DNA of 64,000 nt from the NCBI GenBank assembly GCA_965223505.1, contig CBDCWP010000039.1:304523-368522 (forward strand), written 5' to 3'. Shown in pieces: positions 38,634 through 48,679 of the stretch. The stretch's first letter is position 1. Each line of letters begins with the position of its first letter. Made by a program: the position numbers and the translations under genes. This DNA comes from Planctomycetota bacterium. GTDB taxonomy: Bacteria > Planctomycetota > PLA2 > JAEUHO01. The notes below the pieces were generated by a model. The model searched no databases. It was given only the letters and a program-made list of their open reading frames with translations, and was not told the DNA's origin.

Positions 38634-39390
38634 AGCGCGCGTTCCGGTGCTGGAGGTCTTCTCGACGTTCCAGGGCGAGGGCCCGTTCGTCGGCGAGCGC
38701 CAGATCTTCGTGCGGCTCGCGAAGTGCGACCTGCGCTGCGCGTTTTGCGACACGCCCGAGTCGTATCCGACGCCGCTCACGGCGCGTTTCCAGATCGAGC
38801 CGGGCGGTGAGCGCGACGAACACGTCGAGAATCCCGTCGCGATCGACGAGCTGATTCGGTTGGTGTTGCGCCTCGACCGGCCCGCGGGCGTGCACGCGGG
38901 CATCTCGATCACGGGCGGCGAGCCGCTCCTGCATCCCCACGCCGTGCATACGCTCGGCGAGGCGGCGCGCGAGCGGGACCTTCGCGTACACGTCGAGACC
39001 GGAGGGCACAAGCCGGGCGCCGTGAAGCACGTCCTGCCGGTCGTCGATTGGGTCTCGCCCGACTTCAAGCTCGAAAGCGCGACCGGCGCGCCGACGCCGT
39101 GGGGCGCGCACCGGGAGACGTATCAGCTGCTGGAGCACTTCGGGAAGGGGCTCGCCATCAAGATGGTCGTCGGCGCCGCCGCGGTCGCGGAAGAGGTCGA
39201 ACGCGCGGCGCGGTTCTGCGCCGAGAACGCGCCGTCGATTCCGCTCGTGCTGCAGCCCGCAACGCCCTACGGCGACGGACCGGCTGCGCCCACGCCGTCT
39301 CAGCTCTTCGCGCTGCACACCCGCGCCGCGCTGCATCACCGCGACGTACGGGTCATCCCCCAGGTGCACCGACTCCTGGGACTGCGGTAG
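38626..39390 (+). CDS. queE: 7-carboxy-7-deazaguanine synthase (radical SAM)
   Basis: EVFSTFQGEG, CDLRCAFCDT, ITGGEP, VIPQVH. Confidence 0.93.
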   Translation: MSEARVPVLEVFSTFQGEGPFVGERQIFVRLAKCDLRCAFCDTPESYPTPLTARFQIEPGGERDEHVENPVAIDELIRLVLRLDRPAGVHAGISITGGEPLLHPHAVHTLGEAARERDLRVHVETGGHKPGAVKHVLPVVDWVSPDFKLESATGAPTPWGAHRETYQLLEHFGKGLAIKMVVGAAAVAEEVERAARFCAENAPSIPLVLQPATPYGDGPAAPTPSQLFALHTRAALHHRDVRVIPQVHRLLGLR

Positions 39391-39455
39391 CCTAGACGCG
39401 TACGAGAGGCCGGATCCCCGCCGGCGCGAGCAAACGCCCCCGGAGGGTCGGAGCG

Positions 39456-40703
39456 ATGAAGAACGTCGTCATCTGTGCTGTGTCGTGGTTGTTGACGGTC
39501 GGCGCCGCGTACTGGGTGGGATCGGAATACGCGTCCAAGGGCGAAGGCAACGACACCGTCGCCGACACGGGGGATCTCGCGGAGCTGCGCGCCGAGAACG
39601 ACCGGCTGCGCGAGGCGCTGAACCGGCCGGTGCTGGAGTCGAACGTTCCGGCGACCGAGCTCACCGGCCTCCAGGGTGGATCGTCGCCCGCCATCGACCT
39701 GACCGGCAAGGACATCGAGCCGACGCCGACGTTCACGCTCGAAGGCGTCGAGACCGTCGAAGACGCGAGCAACCGGCTGATGGCGTACCTGGCCGCGATG
39801 CTGCAGCAGGGCGAGAAGGGGCACCTGGCCGTGCTGAAGACGTGGCACGACCTCTTCGAGGGCGACGAGCTGAAGAGCCTCGTCGAGGGCGCGGACGAAG
39901 AGTCGTTGATCGCCAATCACATGTACGACTGGATCCGCTTCGCTGTGCGCAACGACCGCTACGTCGTGGACCTCGAAGAGACGTACTTCAAGACGATGGC
40001 GACGAACCCGAAGTGGTTCGAGGGCATGGACGACGACCCCTTCGAGATGTTCAGCGAGGGCATCGCCTACATGTTGCCGAGCATGACGACGAAGGAGCGG
40101 ATGGAGCGGTTCAAGAGCTACGCCACGACGATCCTCGAGACGCCGGAGGAGCGGCAGCCGAAGGCCGTACAGCGTGCGCGTCGCGACATCCAGCGCCTGA
40201 TGCGCGTCTGGGTCGGCCCGATCTCGCCCGAAGACGCGCTCGCGAAGCTGATGTCGGGTGAATACAACCCGTCCGAGGTCGGCATGCTGCTCGGCCGCGT
40301 GCGGCCGGAGGACGTGACGAAGCTCGACATGACCAAGTTCATCGGGCCGATCCTGGAGAACCACGACTGGCGCGCGATGCAGTCGCTTCGGCGGATGGAG
40401 CTCGACGCGCGCACGCTCGACGCGATGGACCGCCAGGCCATTCAGTCGGCCTCGGGCGGCAAGTTGCGCGAATGGACCCTGCGGCAGTACCTCGAGGTGA
40501 CGCGGCGGGGCAAGTGGGAAGATGCGCGCAGCTTCATGGAGTCGGGTTGGGAAGCGGGCGGCAAGGCGACGGACGTGTTCGCGTCGTTGACGATGCAGCT
40601 GCGCGAGCGCCCGTCGAGTGACTGGGTGCAGTACATGCTCGAGCGGCATCAGGTGAGCGATCACATCGTGCGGGGTCTGAAGCAACGCTTCAAATTGAAG
40701 TAG
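39456..40703 (+). CDS. N-terminally anchored helical hypothetical protein
   Basis: TM plus short coiled coil; host-like codon usage. Confidence 0.8.
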   Translation: MKNVVICAVSWLLTVGAAYWVGSEYASKGEGNDTVADTGDLAELRAENDRLREALNRPVLESNVPATELTGLQGGSSPAIDLTGKDIEPTPTFTLEGVETVEDASNRLMAYLAAMLQQGEKGHLAVLKTWHDLFEGDELKSLVEGADEESLIANHMYDWIRFAVRNDRYVVDLEETYFKTMATNPKWFEGMDDDPFEMFSEGIAYMLPSMTTKERMERFKSYATTILETPEERQPKAVQRARRDIQRLMRVWVGPISPEDALAKLMSGEYNPSEVGMLLGRVRPEDVTKLDMTKFIGPILENHDWRAMQSLRRMELDARTLDAMDRQAIQSASGGKLREWTLRQYLEVTRRGKWEDARSFMESGWEAGGKATDVFASLTMQLRERPSSDWVQYMLERHQVSDHIVRGLKQRFKLK

Positions 40704-40815
40704 AGACGACGGCGGGATCGAACGCGGGGCACGGCGCTGCGGGTGCCACCGAGGTGTCGTGCACGCGCTCGCGCACGACGGGCCGGATGAGTCGCATCCG
40801 GCTACCCTGACCGGG

Positions 40816-42192
40816 ATGTCCGCCGAAACCGGCCCCGACTGCGAAACCGCCGCCGAACGCCCGCCCGTCGTGGCGATCGTGGGCCGGCCGAACGTCGGCA
40901 AGTCCACGCTGTTGAACGCGCTCGCCCGCAGCCGCATCGCGATCGTCGAGATGACCCCGGGCGTCACCCGCGACCGCGTCGGCGTGCTGTGCACCGTCGC
41001 CGAGAAGACCGTCGAGCTCGTCGACACCGGCGGCGTCGGCATCGTGGACGCCCAGGGCCTCGACGAGCACGTCGAAGCGCAGATCAATTCCGCGGTCGAG
41101 CAAGCCGCCGCGATCCTCTTCGTCGTCGACGCCCGCGACGGGCCGATGATGCTCGACGAGCGCGTCGCCAACCTGCTGCGCCGCTTCGCGGATCGCGTCA
41201 TCCTCGTCGCCAACAAGGTCGAGTCCGACAAGATCGGTTGGAGCGTGGCGGAGTTCACCGCGTACGGCTACGGCGAGCCCGTGGCGATCTCGGCCAAGGA
41301 GGGCTACCACCTCGACGACCTCGAGGCGCGCATCGACCCTCTCCTGCCCGAAACCGCCCAGATCCTCACCCGGCCTGCGCCACCGGATCTCAAGCTCGCG
41401 CTCGTCGGACGCGTGAACGCAGGGAAGAGCACGTTCGTCAACAAGCTGCTCAACGACGAGCGCATGATCGTCAGCGAGATCCCGGGCACGACGCGCGACT
41501 CGGTCGACCTGCGCTTCGAGCGCGACGGCAAATCGTTCGTGGTCATCGACACGGCCGGCATCCGCAAGGAGAAGTCGGTGCAGGGGTCGGTGGAGTTCTA
41601 CGCGCAGCGGCGCGCGGAGAAAGCGATGCGGCGCGCGGACGTCACCGCGCTGTTGCTGGATGCGACCATCGACACCGGCCGCCTCGACCGCCAGATCGCC
41701 GACTACGCGCTGCGCCATCACCAGCCGATGATCATCGTCTGCAACAAGTGGGATCTGCGGCCGCGCGGCATGAAGCCCAAGGACTTCTCGGCGTACCTCG
41801 AGAAGACGTTGCCGGGCTTGCGTTTCGCGCCGGTGGTGTTCACGTCGGCGTTGACCGGACACAACGTGGAGCAGGTCGTCGACATCGCGATCGACCTGGC
41901 GGAGCAGTCGCGCCATCGCGTGTCGACGGCCGAGGTCAACCGGGTGTTGGAGGAGGCGTACGCGCGCCGCAAGCCGCGGCCGCGCCAAGGCCGCATCGGC
42001 AAGCTGTACTACGGCAGCCAGGTGGACGTCTCGCCGCCGACGTTCCTCTTGTTCGTGAACGAGCGCTATCTGTTCCAGCCGGCGTACATCCGCTACCTCG
42101 AGAACCGTTTCCGCGACGCGCTGCCGTTTCCGGAGATTCCGTTGCACATCGTGCTCAAGGAACGGGAGCGGTCTCCTTCGAAGAACCAGTGA
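40816..42192 (+). CDS. der: Ribosome biogenesis GTPase Der
   Basis: Two G domains (GRPNVGKS, GRVNAGKS), KH-like tail YIRYLEN. Confidence 0.97.
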   Translation: MSAETGPDCETAAERPPVVAIVGRPNVGKSTLLNALARSRIAIVEMTPGVTRDRVGVLCTVAEKTVELVDTGGVGIVDAQGLDEHVEAQINSAVEQAAAILFVVDARDGPMMLDERVANLLRRFADRVILVANKVESDKIGWSVAEFTAYGYGEPVAISAKEGYHLDDLEARIDPLLPETAQILTRPAPPDLKLALVGRVNAGKSTFVNKLLNDERMIVSEIPGTTRDSVDLRFERDGKSFVVIDTAGIRKEKSVQGSVEFYAQRRAEKAMRRADVTALLLDATIDTGRLDRQIADYALRHHQPMIIVCNKWDLRPRGMKPKDFSAYLEKTLPGLRFAPVVFTSALTGHNVEQVVDIAIDLAEQSRHRVSTAEVNRVLEEAYARRKPRPRQGRIGKLYYGSQVDVSPPTFLLFVNERYLFQPAYIRYLENRFRDALPFPEIPLHIVLKERERSPSKNQ

Positions 42193-42207
42193 CGACGGGG
42201 ACGGGCC

Positions 42208-42234
42208 GTGGGGGCGGGGCTCGACCCCGCCCGC
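42208..42234 (+). repeat. REP variant (GTGG head)
   Basis: GTGGGGGCGGGGCTCGACCCCGCCCGC. Confidence 0.7.
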
Positions 42235-42577
42235 GCCCAACCGGCTGCGATTGGGCCTCATTGGCGTGTCGTGCACGATCACGTGCACGTTCAGGTGCGC
42301 GTGTGACAAGGTGATCAAGACGGTACTGCCGGATCGATCGATCTCTCGCACTCGCGAAGGCTCGCATCCTCGCTTCCGACGGGGTGCGGATGCTTCGAGT
42401 CCATCGATCGGCCTCGTCGTCCCACGTGGACGTGCACCTGGACGTGATCGTGGTCGACACCAGGATCAGGGAACGATTCGTGAGGAGCTCGTCGTCGCCG
42501 TCGAGCACGCGTTCGAACCGCCATCCGGACGCGCGGAAGACCCCGCCCCTCCATCCGTTGCGTACGATGCCCCGCCG

Positions 42578-44032
42578 ATGAAGCTCGCCTCCGCCCTCGT
42601 CCTGTGCTTTCTGAGCTGCGCCTGCGGTCCCGAAGAAGCGGCGCCGCGCGACGCCGCGCCGCAAGGCACATGGGTCGAGATCGACGAGGACGAGCCCATC
42701 GAGCTCACGGGGAATCCCACGGCCCCGGGCGACGCCATCCTCACGCCGCCGCGCGGTCGTTGGTTGTTCACGCGCGAGGTCGTCGACGGCGCCGAGTTCT
42801 ACCTGCGCTACGAGGATCCTGGCACGGTGCTCATGCAGGCGCAGGTCTTCGAGGTGCAGGGACCGCGCGATCCCACACCGGTGCTCAAACAAGCGGTCGA
42901 CCGCTTGCACCGGTTGCGCAACATCGACGGCGTCGGCTGGGGCGCCGGCAAGGTGCTCGACATCTGGGGCCGTCCCGCCGCCGAGCGCAGCTTCCAGAGC
43001 GCCTCGGCAGGGCAGCGACGCGCGGGTTTCGCGCGACTCCTGCTCATGACCGATCACAAGTGGGCGTTCGCGTGGTGCGACTTTCCGGGCGACGCCGACG
43101 AGGCGATGCGCGAGACCGCCTACGCGTTCGTGCGCTCGCTCGAGCCCAAGGAACCCGCGTTCTACACGCCGGCCTTCCGCGCCCTCGCGCGCCTGAACGG
43201 CCGCGTGACCGCGGTGGCCGGCGAAGAGCCGGTGCTCGGCCGCCACGTCGCGGCCGTCCAGCTCTGCCTCGAAGCGACCGTCGGGGTGCGCGCGCCGCTG
43301 AGCGAGCGCACCAAGATGTTCGACGCCGTCGTGACCGGGTTGCACAACGACACGGTCGAGACGCGCAAGGGCTTCCGCGAGTCCGGTGAACGCGTCCGCG
43401 AGTGGATGGCGCTCGACCTCGAGGAGCGGCTTCCGAACTTGGAAGCGCTGGGCGCGCAGGTGATGAAGGGCCTGGTCGCCCGCGCCGAGAAGGGCGACAT
43501 CGCCGCCGCGCAGGTGCTGCTGACCTTGAACGGTGCGGGCGCCTTCCCGATCGGCGACCGGGCCGACGGTCTCTCGCAGTTCCATCTCGACGGCTGGATC
43601 GAGATGTGCGCGTTCCTCGTTTCCATCGCACGCGACGAGAAGGTCGTGCTGACGGACGAGCACCGCGCGCGGATGCGGAAGGCGCTGCACGCGCGCTGGG
43701 AGACGTCGCTCGATCGCGAGAGGGTCGAGCTTCGTAGCACCGACCGCCAGTGGGCGGCGCTGCGCCGTGCCTGGGACCTCGCCGACGGTCCGCAGCGGCC
43801 GCGCGCGCACTTTCGGCGCCTGGTCGCCGAGTACCTCGCGCCCGACCCCGCCAAGGGCGACGTCCGCTCGCTGACGAACCTGCGCGACCTTAAGAGCTGG
43901 ATGCTCGATCTGCGCGAGCAGGCGTCGCTGGAGAGCCTGCTCGACCGTGCCGGCGCTTTGCCCGCGGCGGACCGCGCGGCGCTGTTCGACGCGCTCGGCG
44001 TGCCGTCGGACGGTTACCAGCTCGGCTGGTAA
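42578..44032 (+). CDS. Hypothetical lipoprotein
   Basis: MKLASALVLCFLSCAC signal / lipobox. Confidence 0.75.
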   Translation: MKLASALVLCFLSCACGPEEAAPRDAAPQGTWVEIDEDEPIELTGNPTAPGDAILTPPRGRWLFTREVVDGAEFYLRYEDPGTVLMQAQVFEVQGPRDPTPVLKQAVDRLHRLRNIDGVGWGAGKVLDIWGRPAAERSFQSASAGQRRAGFARLLLMTDHKWAFAWCDFPGDADEAMRETAYAFVRSLEPKEPAFYTPAFRALARLNGRVTAVAGEEPVLGRHVAAVQLCLEATVGVRAPLSERTKMFDAVVTGLHNDTVETRKGFRESGERVREWMALDLEERLPNLEALGAQVMKGLVARAEKGDIAAAQVLLTLNGAGAFPIGDRADGLSQFHLDGWIEMCAFLVSIARDEKVVLTDEHRARMRKALHARWETSLDRERVELRSTDRQWAALRRAWDLADGPQRPRAHFRRLVAEYLAPDPAKGDVRSLTNLRDLKSWMLDLREQASLESLLDRAGALPAADRAALFDALGVPSDGYQLGW

Positions 44033-44099
44033 GCCCGCTCGCGCCACGCAGGCCCGCGGGCTAGGATCCGCCTCCCCGCGCCGAACCTGGGAGGACCGC

Positions 44100-45689
44100 A
44101 TGCGGCACGCCGCGATCTCCATCTTGCTTCTTCTGCCGTTGCTCGCCGTCGGCGCGTGCAGCTCCGACGAGGAAGGCGACGGCTCGCTCAAGGTCGTGCT
44201 GAGCCACGGCGCGAACAGCCGGCCGTATCTGCCGTGGCCGCGCGACGTCGCCAAGCAGGTCGCCGGCGACCTCGAAGACGTGGGCTTCACGGTCGAGATC
44301 CGGCCCGAGCCGTGGAGCGCCTACATCCCGACGGTGACGAACGGGCGCCATCAGCTGGCGCTGCTCGGTTGGTCGCCGGACCTTCCGGACACCGACAACT
44401 ACCTCGTTCCGCTCCTGCACTCCGACAGCTCGGAGATCGGCTCGGCCAACAACATCAGCTTCTACCGCAACGAGGCGTTCGACGCGTTGCTCGACGAGGC
44501 GCGCCTGCCGCACACCCGCGAGGAGCGCGCGGCCCTCTACGAGAAGGCGCTGCGCATGGTGTTCCGCGACGTGCCGATGGTGCCGCTGATCTACGCCGAC
44601 CGGCGCATCGCGTTCCGCAAGGGCCTCGCGCCGCTCCAGGTGGAGTGGGTGACGCATCCGCTCATCCGGCGCGTCACCGAGGCGCCGAGCGACACGCTGG
44701 TGTTCCTGCGGGGCGCCGACTCGAACAGCCTCGACCCCGGCGACGTGACGGACGGCGAGAGCAGCAAGGTGATCGAGCAGGTCTTCGATCGTCTCGTACG
44801 CTACGTCCCCGGCACGCAGGACGTCGAACCGGCGCTGGCTACGTCGTGGTCGCAGAGCGACGATCACAAGGTCTGGACGTTCCAGATTCGCGAGGGCGTG
44901 ACGTTCCACGACGGGTCGGCGCTCGACGGGGCCGCCGTCGCGACGACGTTCGAGCGCATGCGCGACCCGAATCACCCGTATCACTTCCCGGACGGCAAGT
45001 GGGACAACTGGAAGGGCAGCTTCCAGCGGCTGATCGGCAAGGTCGAGGTCGGCAGTCATCCGATGGAGGTCGTGTTCCGCTGCAACCACGCCGCGCCGAG
45101 CTTCTTCCTGCACATGCTGGCGATGTTCGGCTGCTCGATCATCTCGCCCGCCGCGCTCGAGAAGCACGGGGCCGACATCCGCATCAACCCTGTCGGCACG
45201 GGCGCGTTCAAGTTCGTGAAGTGGGACAGCGGCCGCGAGATTCACCTCACGCGCAACGACGACTACTGGGACGGGGCGCCCAAGCTCAAGGACGTCTACT
45301 TCCGCATCTCGCAGGACGCGACGGTGCGCGCCGACCGGTTGATCGCCGGCAGCGGGGCGGATCTGATCGACAACCTCGGACCCGACACGATTCCGCAGCT
45401 CGAACAGACGGAGTCGGTGGTCGTGTCGAAGCTTCCGCAGTCGAGCTTCTGCTACCTCTCGATGAACTGCTTGAAGCCGCCGTTCGACAATCCCAAGGTG
45501 CGCGAGGCCGTGGCCTACGCGCTCAACAAGGAGAACTTGATCAAGCTCGCCTACCGCGGGTACGCGAAGCCCGCGCTCGTTCCGACGTTGCCGAGCTTCG
45601 TGGGCTTCCCGAAGGACCTGGAGGATCGCCCCCACGACCCCGAGAAGGCCAAGGCGCTGCTGCGCGAAGCGGGCTACGACGTGAAGTAG
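44100..45689 (+). CDS. Family-5 (DppA-like) ABC substrate-binding lipoprotein, circularly permuted
   Basis: VGAC lipobox; RPYLP..LLGW..YRN..ER..LY..VP block precedes TLVFLRGAD..LDP..FHDG..PVGTGAFKF..DPEKAKALL. Confidence 0.92.
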   Translation: MRHAAISILLLLPLLAVGACSSDEEGDGSLKVVLSHGANSRPYLPWPRDVAKQVAGDLEDVGFTVEIRPEPWSAYIPTVTNGRHQLALLGWSPDLPDTDNYLVPLLHSDSSEIGSANNISFYRNEAFDALLDEARLPHTREERAALYEKALRMVFRDVPMVPLIYADRRIAFRKGLAPLQVEWVTHPLIRRVTEAPSDTLVFLRGADSNSLDPGDVTDGESSKVIEQVFDRLVRYVPGTQDVEPALATSWSQSDDHKVWTFQIREGVTFHDGSALDGAAVATTFERMRDPNHPYHFPDGKWDNWKGSFQRLIGKVEVGSHPMEVVFRCNHAAPSFFLHMLAMFGCSIISPAALEKHGADIRINPVGTGAFKFVKWDSGREIHLTRNDDYWDGAPKLKDVYFRISQDATVRADRLIAGSGADLIDNLGPDTIPQLEQTESVVVSKLPQSSFCYLSMNCLKPPFDNPKVREAVAYALNKENLIKLAYRGYAKPALVPTLPSFVGFPKDLEDRPHDPEKAKALLREAGYDVK

Positions 45690-45695
45690 CCAGGC

Positions 45696-46712
45696 ATGCT
45701 CGTCTTCCTCGTTCGCCGGATTCTGATCGCGATTCCGCTCCTGGTCGCGGCGTCGCTGATCGTCTTTCTGGTCGTCTCGGCGTTTCCCGGCGACCCGTGC
45801 GCGGAGCAGGTCAAGTACAAGACCAAAGAGGCCATGGCGGCCTGCCGCAGCTCGCTCAACCTCGACGGGCCGCTGCACGAGCGCTACGCGCGCTACATCA
45901 CCCGCGCGGCGCAGCTCGACTTCGGGCACGACGTCTACAACGACCGGCTGCAGGTCGGCGACGAGCTGAAGAAGCGGTTCCCCGCGACGGCCGAGCTGGC
46001 CATCGTCGCGCTCGTGATCGCGTACTTGATCGGCACGTGGGTCGGGACGCGCTCCGCGCGGCGGCCCGGCACCTGGATCGACGCGTTGGGACAGATCCTC
46101 AGCCTCGGAGGCATCTCGATCCCGGTCTTCTGGCTCGGCATGATCCTGATCGCGGTCTTCGGCGTGAAGCTCGGGTGGTTGCCGTTCGAGGGTTGGAGCG
46201 ACACGGCCATTGCCGGGGAGGACTACTACCGGACACGCTGGTGGCTGTTCGAGCCGCTGTTCCGCTTGGACTTCGGAACGTTCTTCACGGCCCTGTCGCA
46301 CATCACGATGCCGGCCATCGCGCTCTCGACGATCCCGTTGGCGACGATCACACGCATGACGCGCTCGTCGATGCTCGAGGAGCTCGGCAAGGACTACGTG
46401 ACCACCGCCCGCGCGAAGGGCCTCTCGGAGCGGCGCGTCGTGAAGAAGCACGTGTGGCGCAATGCGCTGATCCCGATCATCACGATCACGGGCCTGCAGC
46501 TCGGAACGCTCCTGTCGGGCGCCGTATTGACCGAGCGCGTGTTCAGCTGGCCGGGCCTCGGCACCTACATGATCGACGCGGCCCTGCGAGTGAACCACTC
46601 CGTCCTCATGGGCTGCATGTTGCTCTTCGTCGTGACGTTCGTCGTCGTGAACCTCGTCGTGGACCTGCTCTACGGCGTCATCGATCCTCGCATCAGGCAC
46701 TCGAGAGGATGA
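45696..46712 (+). CDS. Peptide ABC transporter permease (DppB/OppB type)
   Basis: FPGDP, FPATAEL, DYVTTARAKGL, VFSWPGLG. Confidence 0.95.
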   Translation: MLVFLVRRILIAIPLLVAASLIVFLVVSAFPGDPCAEQVKYKTKEAMAACRSSLNLDGPLHERYARYITRAAQLDFGHDVYNDRLQVGDELKKRFPATAELAIVALVIAYLIGTWVGTRSARRPGTWIDALGQILSLGGISIPVFWLGMILIAVFGVKLGWLPFEGWSDTAIAGEDYYRTRWWLFEPLFRLDFGTFFTALSHITMPAIALSTIPLATITRMTRSSMLEELGKDYVTTARAKGLSERRVVKKHVWRNALIPIITITGLQLGTLLSGAVLTERVFSWPGLGTYMIDAALRVNHSVLMGCMLLFVVTFVVVNLVVDLLYGVIDPRIRHSRG

Positions 46713-47551
46713 GGGAGCGTCTCCGCGAGATTTGGCGGTCTCTGAAGCGAGAGCGCGGCGCGATGTTGGGCCTCGGCCTGCTGGTGATCGTGCTGCTCAT
46801 GGCGTTCTGCGCGCCGTTGGCGCCGTACGGCCCGAAGGAGAGGGATACGAGCGTCGGCACCGCCGGTCCGTCGTCGGCGCATCTGCTCGGAACGGATGCC
46901 AGCAGCTACGACGTCTTCTCCCGCTTGCTCTACGGCGCGCGGACGTCGTTGCTCACCGGTCTGGCCGCGATCATGTTGGCGTTGCTGATCGGCGTACCGA
47001 TGGGGGCGTTGAGCGGATACGCCGGCGGCTGGGTCGACGGGTTGCTCATGCGCACCGTGGATGTGATGCTCGCGTTCCCGAGCGTCGTGCTCGCCATCGC
47101 CATCGCGACCATGCTCGCGGACCGCACCGTGACCACGGTGATCATCGCGGTCGGGATCGTGAACATCCCGACCGTGGCGCGGCAGGTGCGGGGGTCGGTC
47201 CTGCAGGTGCGCGAGCAGGACTACGTGCTCGCGGCGCGTTCGTTGGGCTACAGCCCGCTGCGGATCATCGCGAAGCACGTGCTGCCGAACTGCGTCGCGC
47301 CGATCATCGTCCTCTCGACACTGGGCGTCGGGTACGCGATTCTCTCCGCCGCCGGATTGAACTTCCTCGGCTTGGGGCCGGAAGCGCGCGTCGCGGAGTG
47401 GGGCGTGATGCTGGGCGAGGTGATGAAGCACATTCGCCAAGACGAATGGTGGATTTACGTTCCACCGGGCGTCGCGATCGCGGTCACGGTGCTCGGATTC
47501 AACCTGATGGGCGACGGGCTGAGGAAGGCCCTGGACCCCAGAGCCCGATAG
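46709..47551 (+). CDS. Peptide ABC transporter permease (DppC/OppC type)
   Basis: HLLGTD, RLLYGARTSL, HVLPN, FNLMGDGLR. Confidence 0.95.
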   Translation: MRERLREIWRSLKRERGAMLGLGLLVIVLLMAFCAPLAPYGPKERDTSVGTAGPSSAHLLGTDASSYDVFSRLLYGARTSLLTGLAAIMLALLIGVPMGALSGYAGGWVDGLLMRTVDVMLAFPSVVLAIAIATMLADRTVTTVIIAVGIVNIPTVARQVRGSVLQVREQDYVLAARSLGYSPLRIIAKHVLPNCVAPIIVLSTLGVGYAILSAAGLNFLGLGPEARVAEWGVMLGEVMKHIRQDEWWIYVPPGVAIAVTVLGFNLMGDGLRKALDPRAR

Positions 47552-47841
47552 CGGCAAAGTGGGGGTTGGGGCGAGCCGTTTGGCGAAGCCAAACCGAGCC
47601 CGCAAGGGGGTCTTGGACCCCCTTGAAGAAGAAGCTCTCAGGTCGGACCCGCGCGAAGCGCGGGTCTCCCGAAGGCGAAGCCTGAGGGCCGAGCCAAGCG
47701 AGGGACCGGTCGCGGCCCGTAGGGCCGCGAGGGAGCTTGTGGATCTACGTCCCGCCCGGCGTTGCGATCGCGGTCACGGTGCTGGGCTTCAATCTGATGG
47801 GGGATGGGCTCAGGAAGGCCCTGGATCCCAGAGCGAGATAG
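47552..47841 (+). repeat. Hairpin-rich spacer followed by a diverged copy (47740-47841) of the dppC 3' end
   Basis: 34-codon copy of 47450-47551 with 14 changes, all synonymous. Confidence 0.9.
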
Positions 47842-48056
47842 GGGTTGGGCTCGAGACCGGACGCGAGCGGCGTCCCCGCACGATCGACGGCGTGAACGCG
47901 GACGCGCGCGTGATCGCGCACGATCGCAACACGGGGGGCGGGCCCCTGGGCGCCGGCATCGCCGTCGGATTCGGGGGCGGGTTCGGTACCGGGTCTGCGG
48001 GCGGGCCCGTGCGCCCAAATGACTATTCGATGACGGGTCAGCCGGACCCTATTGAC

Positions 48057-48644
48057 ATGAATCGTTCCGCCATCCTCACCTGCTGTCTCCTCCTCGGACT
48101 CACCGCGTGCAGCAGCACGAGCGCCGACAAGGCCGGCCAGAAGTCGGACGGGTTCCCCGCACCGAGCAAGGAGCTCGTCTACCGCGCCGCCCTGAACACG
48201 ATGCGCCAGTCGGGCTTCGTTCCCGACGCCGCCGAGTCGTCCATCACCTCCGGCTACGCGACGTCGCGCTGGAACACGTCGCTACAGCCGTTCGCCGGAC
48301 GAGGACGCCGCGACAAGGCGACGATTCGCATCCACGAGGTGCCCGGTCGCAAGGGGTACTACCGCGTCGAGACGAACGTCACGCGCGAATACAACATGAA
48401 CGTGACCGAGCCCAGCAACCCCGTCGCCGCGCAGTGGAAGAACAGCGAGCGCGTGTCCGACCTCGAGAACCTGATGACGCGCAAGATCGAGATGCAGTTC
48501 ATCACGATGGGTCCGAGCGCCGAGTTCCGCAGCCGGTACGACCTGCCCGAAGACAAGCAGCGCCTCAGGAACCTCGATCCGAAGGAGAAGGACAAGAACT
48601 TCCTCGACGGGTTCATGGAAGGGTTGACCGGGGACGGGGGATAG
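48057..48644 (+). CDS. Hypothetical lipoprotein
   Basis: LTAC lipobox. Confidence 0.8.
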   Translation: MNRSAILTCCLLLGLTACSSTSADKAGQKSDGFPAPSKELVYRAALNTMRQSGFVPDAAESSITSGYATSRWNTSLQPFAGRGRRDKATIRIHEVPGRKGYYRVETNVTREYNMNVTEPSNPVAAQWKNSERVSDLENLMTRKIEMQFITMGPSAEFRSRYDLPEDKQRLRNLDPKEKDKNFLDGFMEGLTGDGG

Positions 48645-48679
48645 CAAGAGACGGGTGTCGTTCACCAACACGTGCACGG

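Noticed and set aside
44156..47551. 1131-aa ORF as one fused protein
   Set aside because: Only 46709-47551 is DppC-like; the upstream part is an off-frame read through the binding protein and DppB.
47450..47841. Diversity-generating retroelement TR/VR pair
   Set aside because: Differences are synonymous and not adenine-specific, and no reverse transcriptase is present in the window.
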